Assembly (NCBI RefSeq): GCF_030013595.1
Contig: NZ_CP122768.1
Length of the DNA: 64,000 bases
Direction: 5' to 3' (one strand)
Source of the DNA: Escherichia coli
GTDB taxonomy: Bacteria; Pseudomonadota; Gammaproteobacteria; Enterobacterales; Enterobacteriaceae
Every line of letters starts with the position of its first letter. Positions within the stretch are counted from its first letter, which is position 1. Made by a program: the position numbers and the translations under genes. Shown one piece after another: positions 45,580 through 56,534 of this stretch. The notes under the pieces are model-generated. The model searched no databases and was not told where the DNA came from. It worked only from the letters and a program-made list of their open reading frames with translations.

Positions 45580-46266
45580 TTATTTGGTGATATTTTTTTC
45601 AATATCATGCAGCAAACGGTGCAACATTGCCGTGTCTCGTTGCTCTAAAAGCCCCAGACGTTGTTGTAACCAGTCGACCAGTTTTGTGTCATCTGCCACT
45701 GCCAGAGTCGTCAGCAATGCCATGGCTCGTTCGCGTAAAGCTTGCAGTTGATGTTGGTCTGCCATTGTGTCACTTTTCGCCGGTTGTTGTATTAATGTTG
45801 CTAATTGATAGCAATAGACCATCACCGCCTGCCCCAGATTGAGCGAAGGATAATCCGCCACCATCGGCACACCAGTAAGAACGTCAGCCAACGCTAACTC
45901 TTCGTTAGTCAACCCGGAATCTTCGCGACCAAACACCAGCGCGGCATGGCTCATCCATGAAGATTTTTCCTCTAACAGCGGCACCAGTTCTACTGGCGTA
46001 GCGTAGTAATGATATTTCGCCCGACTGCGCGCAGTGGTGGCGACAGTGAAATCGACATCGTGTAACGATTCAGCCAGTGTCGGGAAAACTTTAATATTAT
46101 CAATAATATCACCAGATCCATGTGCGACCCAGCGGGTGGCTGGCTCCAGGTGTGCCTGACTATCGACAATCCGCAGCTCGCTAAACCCCATCGTTTTCAT
46201 TGCCCGCGCCGCTGCCCCAATATTTTCTGCTCTGGCGGGTGCAACCAGAATAATCGTTATACGCAT
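45580..46266 (-). CDS. lasT: SpoU/TrmH-family RNA methyltransferase
   Basis: An internal Met gives MRITIILVAPARAENIGAAARAMKTMGFSELRIV..., 228 aa. Confidence 0.9.
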   Translation of the reverse strand: MRITIILVAPARAENIGAAARAMKTMGFSELRIVDSQAHLEPATRWVAHGSGDIIDNIKVFPTLAESLHDVDFTVATTARSRAKYHYYATPVELVPLLEEKSSWMSHAALVFGREDSGLTNEELALADVLTGVPMVADYPSLNLGQAVMVYCYQLATLIQQPAKSDTMADQHQLQALRERAMALLTTLAVADDTKLVDWLQQRLGLLEQRDTAMLHRLLHDIEKNITK

Positions 46267-46665
46267 ATTGCCACTCTTCTTGATCAAATAACCGCGAACC
46301 GAATGATCACTGTCAACTTATTACGCGGTGCGAATTTACAAATTCTTAACGTAAGTCGCAGAAAAAGCCCTTTACTTAGCTTAAAAAAGGCTAAACTATT
46401 TCCTGACTGTACTAACGGTTGAATTGTTAAAAAATGCTACATATCCTTCTGTTTACTTAGGATAATTTTATAAAAAATAAATCTCGACAATTGGATTCAC
46501 CACGTTTATTAGTTGTATGATGCAACTAGTTGGATTATTAAAATAATGTGACGAAAGCTAGCATTTAGATACGATGATTTCATCAAACTGTTAACGTGCT
46601 ACAATTGAACTTGATATATGTCAACGAAGCGTAGTTTTATTGGGTGTCCGGCCCCTCTTAGCCTG

Positions 46666-46806
46666 TTATGTTGCTGTTAAAATGGTTAGGATGACAGCCG
46701 TTTTTGACACTGTCGGGTCCTGAGGGAAAGTACCCACGACCAAGCTAATGATGTTGTTGACGTTGATGGAAAGTGCATCAAGAACGCAATTACGTACTTT
46801 AGTCAT
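46666..46806 (-). CDS. yjjY: small uncharacterised protein YjjY
   Basis: The minus strand encodes MTKVRNCVLDALSINVNNIISLVVGTFPQDPTVSKTAVILTILTAT (46 aa). This matches my recollection of K-12 yjjY upstream of arcA. Below the ORF-track cutoff. Confidence 0.6.
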   Translation of the reverse strand: MTKVRNCVLDALSINVNNIISLVVGTFPQDPTVSKTAVILTILTAT

Positions 46807-46901
46807 GTTACGCCGATCATGTTAATTTGCAGCATGCATCAGGCAGGTCAGGGACTTTTGTACTTCCTGTTTCGATTTAGTTGGCAATTTAGGTAGCAAA
46901 C

Positions 46902-47618
46902 ATGCAGACCCCGCACATTCTTATCGTTGAAGACGAGTTGGTAACACGCAACACGTTGAAAAGTATTTTCGAAGCGGAAGGCTATGATGTTTTCGAAGCG
47001 ACAGATGGCGCGGAAATGCATCAGATCCTCTCTGAATATGACATCAACCTGGTGATCATGGATATCAATCTGCCGGGTAAGAACGGTCTTCTGTTAGCGC
47101 GTGAACTGCGCGAGCAGGCGAATGTTGCGTTGATGTTCCTGACTGGCCGTGACAACGAAGTCGATAAAATTCTCGGCCTCGAAATCGGTGCAGATGACTA
47201 CATCACCAAACCGTTCAACCCGCGTGAACTGACGATTCGTGCACGCAACCTGCTGTCCCGTACCATGAATCTGGGTACTGTCAGCGAAGAACGTCGTAGC
47301 GTTGAAAGCTACAAGTTCAATGGTTGGGAACTGGACATCAACAGCCGTTCGTTGATCGGCCCTGATGGCGAGCAGTACAAGCTGCCGCGCAGTGAGTTCC
47401 GCGCCATGCTTCACTTCTGTGAAAACCCAGGCAAAATTCAGTCCCGTGCTGAACTGCTGAAGAAAATGACCGGCCGTGAGCTGAAACCGCACGACCGTAC
47501 TGTAGACGTGACGATCCGCCGTATTCGTAAACATTTCGAATCTACGCCGGATACGCCGGAAATCATCGCCACCATTCACGGTGAAGGTTATCGCTTCTGC
47601 GGTGATCTGGAAGATTAA
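46902..47618 (+). CDS. arcA: aerobic respiration control response regulator (OmpR family)
   Basis: 238-aa [39 protein letters not shown].... Confidence 0.97.
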
Positions 47619-47635
47619 TCGGCTTTACCACCGTC

Positions 47636-47670
47636 AAAAAAACGGCGCTTTTTAGCGCCGTTTTTATTTT
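47636..47670. terminator. bidirectional rho-independent terminator between arcA and creD
   Basis: aaaaaaacggcgct-tttt-agcgccgtttttattttt has A/T runs on both sides of a 9-bp stem. Confidence 0.85.
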
Positions 47671-47676
47671 TCAACC

Positions 47677-49029
47677 TTATTTCCAGATACGTAATTCATC
47701 GTCCGTTGTAACTTCTTTACTGGCTTTCATTTTCGGCAGTGAAAACGCATACCAGTCGATATTACGGGTCACAAACATCATGCCGGCCAGCGCCACCACC
47801 AGCACACTGGTTCCCAACAACAGCGCGCTATCGGCAGAGTTGAGCAGTCCCCACATCACACCATCCAGCAACAACAGCGCGAGGGTAAACAACATGCTGT
47901 TGCACCAACCTTTCAATACCGCCTGCAAATAAATACCGTTCATTATCGCCCCAATCAGACTGGCGATTATCCATGCCACGGTAAAACCGGTATGTTCAGA
48001 AAGCGCCAGCAAGAGCAAATAAAACATCACCAATGAAAGCCCCACCAGCAAATATTGCATTGGGTGTAAACGTTGCGCGGTGAGCGTTTCAAAAACAAAG
48101 AACGCCATAAAAGTCAGTGCAATCAGCAGAATGGCGTACTTAGTCGCCCGGTCAGTTAATTGGTATTGATCGGCTGGCGTCGTTACTGCGACGCTAAACG
48201 CCGGGAAGTTTTCCCAGCCGGTATCATTGCCTGAAGCAAAACGCTCACCGAGATTATTAGCAAACCAGCTGCTTTGCCAGTGCGCCTGAAAACCTGACTC
48301 GCTAACTTCCCGTTTGGCTGGTAGAAAATCACCTAAAAAACTGGGATGCGGCCAGTTGCTGGTTAAGGTCATTTCGCTATTACGCCCGCCAGGCACCACA
48401 GAAAGATCGCCGGTACCGCTTAAATTCAGGGCCATATTCAGCTTCAGGTTCTGCTTCCGCCAGTCCCCTTCAGGTAAAGGGATATGCACGCCCTGCCCGC
48501 CTTGCTCTAACCCGGTGCCGGGTTCAATGGTCAGCGCCGTTCCGTTAACTTCAGGCGCTTTCACCACACCAATACCACGCGCATCCCCGACGCTAATCAC
48601 AATAAATGGCTTGCCTAAGGTGATATTTGGCGCGTTGAGTTCGCTAAGACGCGAAACATCGAAATCGGCTTTTAGCGTTAAATCACTGTGCCAGACCTGA
48701 CCGGTATAAATCCCTATCTTGCGTTCTTCCACGTTCTGATTGCCATCAACCATCAATGACTCAGGTAACCAAAAATGGATAAAACTTCGTTTCCGCTCCA
48801 CGGTTTTATCCTCTTCCTGCACCGTATAAAGCTCGGTCACAGGAATAGCGATGAGCGGCCCAACGAGTTTTTGCGGCCCGCTGGTACTTTGGCGAATCGC
48901 ATCTTCCACATCGCTACGGTAATCAGCACGTTCGACAATCACCTGCCGAATCAGCATTATCGGAATCAACAACAGCAATACTGCACCAAACAGGGTGGTC
49001 ATTTTCCAGAACAGGGGGGATTTCAACAT
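47677..49029 (-). CDS. creD: inner membrane protein CreD
   Basis: 450-aa ORF MLKSPLFWKMTTLFGAVLLLLIPIMLIRQV.... Confidence 0.93.
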   Translation of the reverse strand: MLKSPLFWKMTTLFGAVLLLLIPIMLIRQVIVERADYRSDVEDAIRQSTSGPQKLVGPLIAIPVTELYTVQEEDKTVERKRSFIHFWLPESLMVDGNQNVEERKIGIYTGQVWHSDLTLKADFDVSRLSELNAPNITLGKPFIVISVGDARGIGVVKAPEVNGTALTIEPGTGLEQGGQGVHIPLPEGDWRKQNLKLNMALNLSGTGDLSVVPGGRNSEMTLTSNWPHPSFLGDFLPAKREVSESGFQAHWQSSWFANNLGERFASGNDTGWENFPAFSVAVTTPADQYQLTDRATKYAILLIALTFMAFFVFETLTAQRLHPMQYLLVGLSLVMFYLLLLALSEHTGFTVAWIIASLIGAIMNGIYLQAVLKGWCNSMLFTLALLLLDGVMWGLLNSADSALLLGTSVLVVALAGMMFVTRNIDWYAFSLPKMKASKEVTTDDELRIWK

Positions 49030-49086
49030 AGTCTTCTCCTTTGCAATGGCAGCAGGATACGAAGGCTATGTGGGAAGAATTTGAAG

Positions 49087-50511
49087 CTATGTGAAGTGAC
49101 GGTGAAGTCGAAGCGAAGCCAGCACGCCACCTTCCTGCACGTTGCGCAGCGTGACTTCGCCGTTAAACAAACGGGCGACCTCACTGACGAACGCCAACCC
49201 CAGACCGCTGCTTTTTTGCCCATTTGCACGCGGCAAAGAGTAAAAGCGTTCAAAAATACGTGAAAGCGCGTAGTCAGGAATACCACTACCGGTATCCAGC
49301 ACCTTAAGCGTGACGTGTTCCTGATCCACTTCGGCGCTTAGCGTGATGCAACCGCTCTCGGGGGTAAAATCGATGGCGTTATCCAGTAAATTCCCCAGCG
49401 CCTGATCCAGTAACGCCGGTTCAGCAGCAACATTAACCTCGGTGGGCATAACATGCAAAGTGATGTTTTTTTCTGCCAACTGCACGGTACGCGCTTCGCT
49501 GACGCGGCGAAATAATGCCGCCACATCAACAGCAGTCAGAACGACTTCCTGACGATTCTCCAGTCTTGCCTGGCATAGTAACGTTTCCACCAGCGCCTGC
49601 ATTCGCGCATTTTGCGTCAGAATGTTGTCAGTAAAACGAGCCACCACTTCCGGCGGCGGACCTTCGCGTAAAATTTCCGCCGCTCCACGAATCGCCGCCA
49701 GTGGGCTTTTTAGCTCATGAGTTAATGCGTAAACATACTGCTCAATATAGTTTTTCCCTTCCAGCTTCACGCGCATACTTTCCAGCGCCTGCGCGAGTTT
49801 ACGCAGCTCGCTACTACCGAGATCGGGGAGAGGAACGGGCTTATTGTCAGTGACGGAATCAGCATAGCGAGTGAGCCGGGCAATGGAGCGGTTGATCCAC
49901 CAAACCATGCCTGCGCCAATCACCAGTGCAATCCCCAACAAAATGGCGCTGGCCCATAAAATTCGCCGCTCGCTGCGCTTAATGACCGGAGCCATCGCCG
50001 CGTTCGGTTTGCCTACGCTCAAAACGCCAATAAGCCGCGAGCCGTCCATAATCGGCGCGGCAACATACATCACCGAACTTTCGGGATCGGCAGGATTTTG
50101 CAACGTGCTGCGCGCACCATACTGACCACGCAACGTTAGCCAGACGTCATTCCAGCGCGAATAATCCTGTCCAACGGCTTTATTTGCCGAATCGAACAAT
50201 ACTTTGCCCTGCGCATCGGTCATATAGACATGATATTCATTGCGCACTTTGTTAATGCCACCGATATTGGCGCGAAACGGGCGATGTTGTAGCTGATTAA
50301 ACGCCTGCGCCAGTTGCCCATGCGTTGTGTCCCCAGAGAGCAAATCGGGACGCGCCAGCTCCGCCAGCAACGTTGCGGTGTCGATCAACGTCCCCTCCGT
50401 TGCTCTTCGCACGCCCGGTTTAACTTCTTTGACAAAAATAGCCAGTACGAACCAGGCCGCCACCGCCACCAGTAAAAAATAGCCCAGCAGCAACCGCATG
50501 CCGATACGCAT
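49087..50511 (-). CDS. creC: sensor histidine kinase CreC
   Basis: 474-aa ORF with two TM segments, the H-box LTHELKSPLAAIRG and an ATPase domain. Overlaps creB by 1 nt. Confidence 0.95.
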   Translation of the reverse strand: MRIGMRLLLGYFLLVAVAAWFVLAIFVKEVKPGVRRATEGTLIDTATLLAELARPDLLSGDTTHGQLAQAFNQLQHRPFRANIGGINKVRNEYHVYMTDAQGKVLFDSANKAVGQDYSRWNDVWLTLRGQYGARSTLQNPADPESSVMYVAAPIMDGSRLIGVLSVGKPNAAMAPVIKRSERRILWASAILLGIALVIGAGMVWWINRSIARLTRYADSVTDNKPVPLPDLGSSELRKLAQALESMRVKLEGKNYIEQYVYALTHELKSPLAAIRGAAEILREGPPPEVVARFTDNILTQNARMQALVETLLCQARLENRQEVVLTAVDVAALFRRVSEARTVQLAEKNITLHVMPTEVNVAAEPALLDQALGNLLDNAIDFTPESGCITLSAEVDQEHVTLKVLDTGSGIPDYALSRIFERFYSLPRANGQKSSGLGLAFVSEVARLFNGEVTLRNVQEGGVLASLRLHRHFT

Positions 50512-51200
50512 TACAGGCCCCTCAGGCTATATCCCATGCCGCGATGAGTATTAATCGGTGAAAGATCGGGGTTGATGGCGCGCAGCTTGGCACGCAGCGT
50601 TTTAATGTGGGTATCGACGGTGCGATCGTAGGTGTCCTGCGCATCTTCCCACACGCTATCCATCAGTTGCTGGCGGGACCAGACGCGGCCCGGTGACTTG
50701 AGTAACGTCTTCAACAATAAAAACTCATACCGAGTCAGCGCTAATGGCGTGTCAAACCAGCTGATCTGCGCCGCGGGTTCATTCAATTCAAAATGTCCAA
50801 TACGGATGACGGGAGACGGCGTCGAGAACTTCTTCACCCGACGCAGTAAGGTGCGCACCCTGGCGCACACTTCGCGGGGTGAAAACGGTTTAGCCACATA
50901 GTCGTCAGCGCCAATTTCCAGCCCAAGCAGGCGATCGACCTCTTCACTTCGGGCCGTCAGGAACAGTACAGGTAACGCCGGATGGAGCGCCAGTAACTGG
51001 CGGCACAATTCAAAGCCGCTAATATCCGGCAGACCAACATCGAGAATCATGACGTCGGGTACCTGCTGGCGAGCTTTATCCAGCACCGGCAAGCCTCGCT
51101 CAAAGACCTCGACGGCAAAACCTTCCTGCTGCAACATGTAGACCAGCGTGTCGGCTATCCCTTGCTCATCTTCCACTAACCAGACCGTTTCCCGTTGCAT
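50511..51200 (-). CDS. creB: response regulator CreB (OmpR family)
   Basis: 229-aa ORF MQRETVWLVEDEQGIADTLVYMLQQEGF.... Confidence 0.95.
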   Translation of the reverse strand: MQRETVWLVEDEQGIADTLVYMLQQEGFAVEVFERGLPVLDKARQQVPDVMILDVGLPDISGFELCRQLLALHPALPVLFLTARSEEVDRLLGLEIGADDYVAKPFSPREVCARVRTLLRRVKKFSTPSPVIRIGHFELNEPAAQISWFDTPLALTRYEFLLLKTLLKSPGRVWSRQQLMDSVWEDAQDTYDRTVDTHIKTLRAKLRAINPDLSPINTHRGMGYSLRGL

Positions 51201-51212
51201 AAATCGCCTCTG

Positions 51213-51686
51213 TTATTGCCGCCACGGCATGACAGGAACCGCGCTAATCGCGTTTTTCGGCGAACCTTCTACAACTTTGTCGGAGTAAGCCAGATAAGCG
51301 AGCGCGTTGCGTTTGGCATCATAAAAGCGCACGACCTGTAACGACTTAAAGACCAGGGACGTGCGTTTTTTGAATACTACCTCGCCCTGAGCTTTGCCGT
51401 TTTTAATACGATCCGACAGTTCAATCGGCCCGACTTGCTGACAAGAAATGGCCGCATCGGAGGTATCTTCTGCCAGGCCCAATCCCCCTTTAATACCACC
51501 GGTTTTCGCCCGGCTCACATAACAGGTGACATTTTTCACATCGGGATCGTCAAAGGCTTCCACAACAATTTTGTGATCCGGGCCGATCATTTTAAATACG
51601 GTGTCGACCGAACCAATCTCTTCTGCATGAGCCAATGGCCCCAGCATTATCAGGCTTAAAGACAGGATCAAATGCTTGTATTTCAT
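51213..51686 (-). CDS. creA: periplasmic protein CreA
   Basis: 157-aa ORF with signal peptide [21 protein letters not shown]. Confidence 0.9.
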
Positions 51687-51896
51687 ATTGTTACCATTTT
51701 TATCTATTACACGAGCAATTAGTTCGTCACGGTAAATAACATATTGATTAAGAACAAAATCTCAATACTTTTATTTCCGTCAAGTCCTAAAACATACTCT
51801 ACTAAGAAAAAAACACTGAATGCTAAAACAGCAAAAAATGCTATTATCCAATTACCTGATGTCAGGTGCTCGTTGTTGAAAGGATGAGGATATTTT

Positions 51897-52766
51897 ATGG
51901 ATCAGGCCGGCATTATTCGCGACCTTTTAATCTGGCTGGAAGGTCATCTGGATCAGCCCCTGTCGCTCGACAATGTAGCGGCGAAAGCAGGTTATTCCAA
52001 GTGGCACTTACAGAGAATGTTTAAAGATGTCACTGGCCATGCTATTGGCGCGTATATTCGTGCTCGTCGTTTGTCGAAATCGGCGGTCGCACTACGCCTG
52101 ACTGCGCGTCCGATTCTGGACATCGCGCTGCAATACCGCTTCGACTCTCAACAGACATTTACCCGCGCATTCAAGAAGCAGTTTGCCCAGACTCCTGCAC
52201 TTTACCGCCGTTCTCCTGAATGGAGCGCCTTTGGTATTCGCCCGCCGCTACGCCTGGGTGAATTCACTATGCCAGAGCACAAATTTGTCACCCTGGAAGA
52301 TACGCCGCTGATTGGTGTTACCCAGAGCTACTCCTGTTCGCTGGAGCAAATCTCTGATTTCCGCCATGAAATGCGTTATCAGTTCTGGCACGATTTTCTC
52401 GGCAACGCGCCGACCATTCCGCCGGTGCTCTACGGCCTGAATGAAACGCGTCCGAGTCAGGATAAAGACGACGAACAAGAAGTATTCTATACCACCGCGT
52501 TAGCCCAGGATCAGGCAGATGGCTATGTACTGACGGGGCATCCGGTGATGCTGCAGGGCGGCGAATATGTGATGTTTACCTATGAAGGTCTGGGAACCGG
52601 CGTGCAGGAGTTTATCCTGACGGTATACGGAACGTGTATGCCAATGCTCAACCTGACGCGCCGTAAAGGTCAGGATATTGAGCGATACTACCCGGCAGAA
52701 GATGCCAAAGCGGGAGATCGCCCAATTAATCTGCGCTGTGAACTGCTGATTCCGATCCGTCGTTAA
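51897..52766 (+). CDS. rob: AraC/XylS-family regulator Rob (right origin-binding protein)
   Basis: 289-aa ORF MDQAGIIRDLLIWLEGHLDQPLSLDNVAAKAGYSKWHLQRMFK.... Confidence 0.96.
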   Translation: MDQAGIIRDLLIWLEGHLDQPLSLDNVAAKAGYSKWHLQRMFKDVTGHAIGAYIRARRLSKSAVALRLTARPILDIALQYRFDSQQTFTRAFKKQFAQTPALYRRSPEWSAFGIRPPLRLGEFTMPEHKFVTLEDTPLIGVTQSYSCSLEQISDFRHEMRYQFWHDFLGNAPTIPPVLYGLNETRPSQDKDDEQEVFYTTALAQDQADGYVLTGHPVMLQGGEYVMFTYEGLGTGVQEFILTVYGTCMPMLNLTRRKGQDIERYYPAEDAKAGDRPINLRCELLIPIRR

Positions 52767-53410
52767 CGCTGCAGCTCATCTAATGCAGGGGCGTCCAGAT
52801 GCGAGATGTCCCCTGCGGTTTCAACGACCCAACCAGACGCCAGCCACAGGCTTTCCTGATAATCCACGCGCGAAATAGAACAGTTACGCAGACGTAAGCG
52901 ACGCTCTGCCCATGCTGGTAATCCGAGAATCGTACTCACCAGGCATCCCAGTGCAATACCGTGGCTCACCAGCAGCGGTCGGCTTCCCTGCGGTAAGTCC
53001 CGGCAAGATTCCAGTGCCGCATTGACGCGATCGCTGAGCTCCTGCATTGACTCGCCTTCAGGAATACGCCCGTCAACGGTGCCATTGACCAGCTGCCGAC
53101 GCCAGTTCTCTTCTTCTTCGGTCAGAGAATCGATATGTCTTTTTTCCAGCACACCCATGTTTAATTCACGCAGGCGAGAATCAAAGATGATGTCACAGCC
53201 GCAGGCCTGGGCGATGATTTCCGCCGTACGCCGGGTGCGTCCTAAATCGCTACTGATGATATGCGTAATGCCAAGCTCTTTGGCACGGGTTGCCACCTGC
53301 ATCGCCTGTTGCTCACCTTTGGCGGTCAGCGGGCTGTCAGACTGGCCCTGAATACGTCGCTCGGCGTTCCACTGCGTTTCACCGTGGCGGACTAGGTATA
53401 CCTGTAACAT
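52763..53410 (-). CDS. gpmB: probable phosphoglycerate mutase / phosphatase GpmB
   Basis: 215-aa ORF MLQVYLVRHGETQWNAERRIQG with the histidine phosphatase RHG motif. Confidence 0.95.
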   Translation of the reverse strand: MLQVYLVRHGETQWNAERRIQGQSDSPLTAKGEQQAMQVATRAKELGITHIISSDLGRTRRTAEIIAQACGCDIIFDSRLRELNMGVLEKRHIDSLTEEEENWRRQLVNGTVDGRIPEGESMQELSDRVNAALESCRDLPQGSRPLLVSHGIALGCLVSTILGLPAWAERRLRLRNCSISRVDYQESLWLASGWVVETAGDISHLDAPALDELQR

Positions 53411-53449
53411 GCTTTTTTTCCGTATACTGCTGTAACGTTAATTTTCTGA

Positions 53450-54312
<863 letters not shown>

Positions 54313-54344
54313 TTAGCGGGGGAAGCAAAATGCCTCCCCCGGTT

Positions 54345-54362
54345 GTACTCGCTAAAGAGTAC
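54345..54362 (-). promoter_or_regulatory. TrpR operator in the trpR promoter (autoregulation)
   Basis: The minus strand reads GTACTCTTTAGCGAGTAC, the palindromic Trp repressor operator core, about 50 nt upstream of the trpR ATG. Confidence 0.7.
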
Positions 54363-54386
54363 GATAGCATATCATAAACGTGCGGA

Positions 54387-56324
54387 TCAGTAACGACGTC
54401 CCCATTCCGTGGCGCTCATCAATGTCGGTTTATCCCCCATGAAATAGCGGTAGTAAGCGTCATAAGCCAGCACGTTCTTCACATAACCGCGCGTCTCGGA
54501 AAACGGAATACTCTCGACGAATGCCACTGCGTCGATACGCCCGGCGCTGTTGCCAAGCCAGGTTCGCACCCGCCCTGGTCCGGCGTTATAAGCTGCTGAG
54601 GAGAAAATACGGTTATTACCAAACTGCTGATAAACATATTGCAGGTAACTGGTGCCAATGTTGATATTCGTTTCCGGATCCAGCAATTGCCCAGGGCTGC
54701 TATAACCAGGAATAGAGAACATCTTCACCGTATGGGTCGCCGTGCCCGGCATAATCTGCATCAGGCCGCTGGCCCCTACCGGTGATTTCACTTTCGGATT
54801 CCAGGCGCTCTCCTGACGGGCAATCGCCATCGCATAGCTTTGCGGGATCTCCTTCCCACTGGTGTAACGTTTGAAAAGATCGTTGTAAGCCAGCGGGAAT
54901 CGCTCTTCCAGATGATCCCAAAGCTTCCCGGCGATCGTTGCCTGAACGCTAAGATCCCACCATTGGTTGTTGAAAGCATACCGCGCCAGTTGAGCTTGCT
55001 CTGTTTTTGACTTGCTCTTCACCAGATTGGCCCACTCGCTACGCGCGGTGTTATCGAGATTCCAGTACATCAACTCGCGCACGCGCGCCATCTCCGGCCC
55101 CTGAGTCAGCGTGCTGTCAACATTCTGCGGCGCTTTATCAATCTTCAGCTCATACTCTTCTCCGATGCGTTGTGCTGCAACCATCGGGTAGAAACCACGC
55201 TGTTGCATGAGTTGATGCAAAATCTCTTTTGCTTCAGCTTCACGTCCGCGTTCCAGCAGTAAATCCGCCTGCCAGTAACGCCATTCATCTTTCTCTTTCG
55301 CCTCCATCGGCAAACGCGCCAGCCAGGTATTCAGGCCGCGACGATCGCCGGTGCCAAGCGCCATTCGCACGCGCCGTTCAATAAGCGAAGTAGATTGCGA
55401 ACGCATAATGGCGTCATCGCGCCATTTCGCCTGCTCATCGGTGACATCATTGCCCATCAAACGCCAGGCGACGATATCGCGCAGCTCCTGAATCTGATCT
55501 TCATTAAGCTGCTGCGCCTGGGCAAGCGACGGGATCATCAGCCGTGCATTTTCAGCATCCTGCCGCGCCACACTGGCAAACGCCACCGCCGCCATTTGAC
55601 GGGTAAAATCGGTCGCTCCGGTTGTACGCGCGAAGGTCAGTACCGTATTAGGGTTGTTCGCCAGTGAAATGATTGCCGAGGCGATAGTCTGGTAATCGGC
55701 AGGCATCTGCCCTGCCAGCACTGTTACCAGGCCAGTGTTACCCGCTTTCATCGCCAGACGGATACGCTCTAAATACGCCAGCGGATCTTGTTTACCTGAC
55801 GCACGCCAGACGCTAAATAACTTGTCACAGGCGTTAGGCTGGCTCTTGCCGGTTAGCCACAGCTCTTTCGCCCCTTGCCAGGCTTCTTCACTCTGCCCGG
55901 TGTTCCATTTCGCATAGTAGTAATTACATTGTGCTTCGGTAGTTCCGGGCTTTTCCGGGCTAAAGGCTAACAAGCCACGCCAGTCTTCACGCCGCGCCAG
56001 TTCATTGACGAAACGAGATTGCAGCGTGCGAGCGGGAGGAAGCGTGGGGTTAGCGCGAACAAAGTTAGTGACCGTCACCGCCGGTTGATTCATCAGGTCA
56101 TCGGTGATCTGGCGGTATTCCAGGTAGGGATAAAGCGGATAATCCTTCAGTCCAGGCATCATTTGTTCGACCACATCCATTTGTCGATTATCCCAGGCCT
56201 GCTTGATTTGGGCGTAGCGGCTACGCTGCTCATCCAGTGAGTCGGCTCGCGCCACGCTGCTGACCGTCAGCAGACAGACACCGGCAGCCAACAGCCGCCA
56301 GGTAACTTGTTTGGCTTTTTCCAC
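54387..56324 (-). CDS. slt: soluble lytic murein transglycosylase Slt70
   Basis: A GTG start gives (M)EKAKQVTWRLLAAGVCLLTVSSVARA..., 645 aa. The C-terminal lysozyme-like domain has ESAWNP and AYNAGPG. Confidence 0.95.
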   Translation of the reverse strand: MEKAKQVTWRLLAAGVCLLTVSSVARADSLDEQRSRYAQIKQAWDNRQMDVVEQMMPGLKDYPLYPYLEYRQITDDLMNQPAVTVTNFVRANPTLPPARTLQSRFVNELARREDWRGLLAFSPEKPGTTEAQCNYYYAKWNTGQSEEAWQGAKELWLTGKSQPNACDKLFSVWRASGKQDPLAYLERIRLAMKAGNTGLVTVLAGQMPADYQTIASAIISLANNPNTVLTFARTTGATDFTRQMAAVAFASVARQDAENARLMIPSLAQAQQLNEDQIQELRDIVAWRLMGNDVTDEQAKWRDDAIMRSQSTSLIERRVRMALGTGDRRGLNTWLARLPMEAKEKDEWRYWQADLLLERGREAEAKEILHQLMQQRGFYPMVAAQRIGEEYELKIDKAPQNVDSTLTQGPEMARVRELMYWNLDNTARSEWANLVKSKSKTEQAQLARYAFNNQWWDLSVQATIAGKLWDHLEERFPLAYNDLFKRYTSGKEIPQSYAMAIARQESAWNPKVKSPVGASGLMQIMPGTATHTVKMFSIPGYSSPGQLLDPETNINIGTSYLQYVYQQFGNNRIFSSAAYNAGPGRVRTWLGNSAGRIDAVAFVESIPFSETRGYVKNVLAYDAYYRYFMGDKPTLMSATEWGRRY

Positions 56325-56534
56325 AAGCGCATCCTCTAAGTGTAAATACATCAATGCAGCGTCATGCCGCGTAATAGATTTATGCTAACCAGTCATTGCC
56401 GTTTACGCCACGTTACGGACACTTTTTTACTTTTACTGCGAGGGTGATCGACCGGCTGGGATTAGGCGGGGAAAAAGGCTACACTTCGCCTTTGAAAACT
56501 CATCATCACGATAAACATAGAGGCGAAGTCCAAC

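Noticed and set aside
52763-52766. Convergent gene pairs with overlapping stop codons: rob/gpmB share TTAA, and yjjX/trpR overlap by 7 nt at 53971..53977.
   Set aside because: The same arrangement exists in the K-12 layout as I recall it. It is a compact but ordinary feature of this region.
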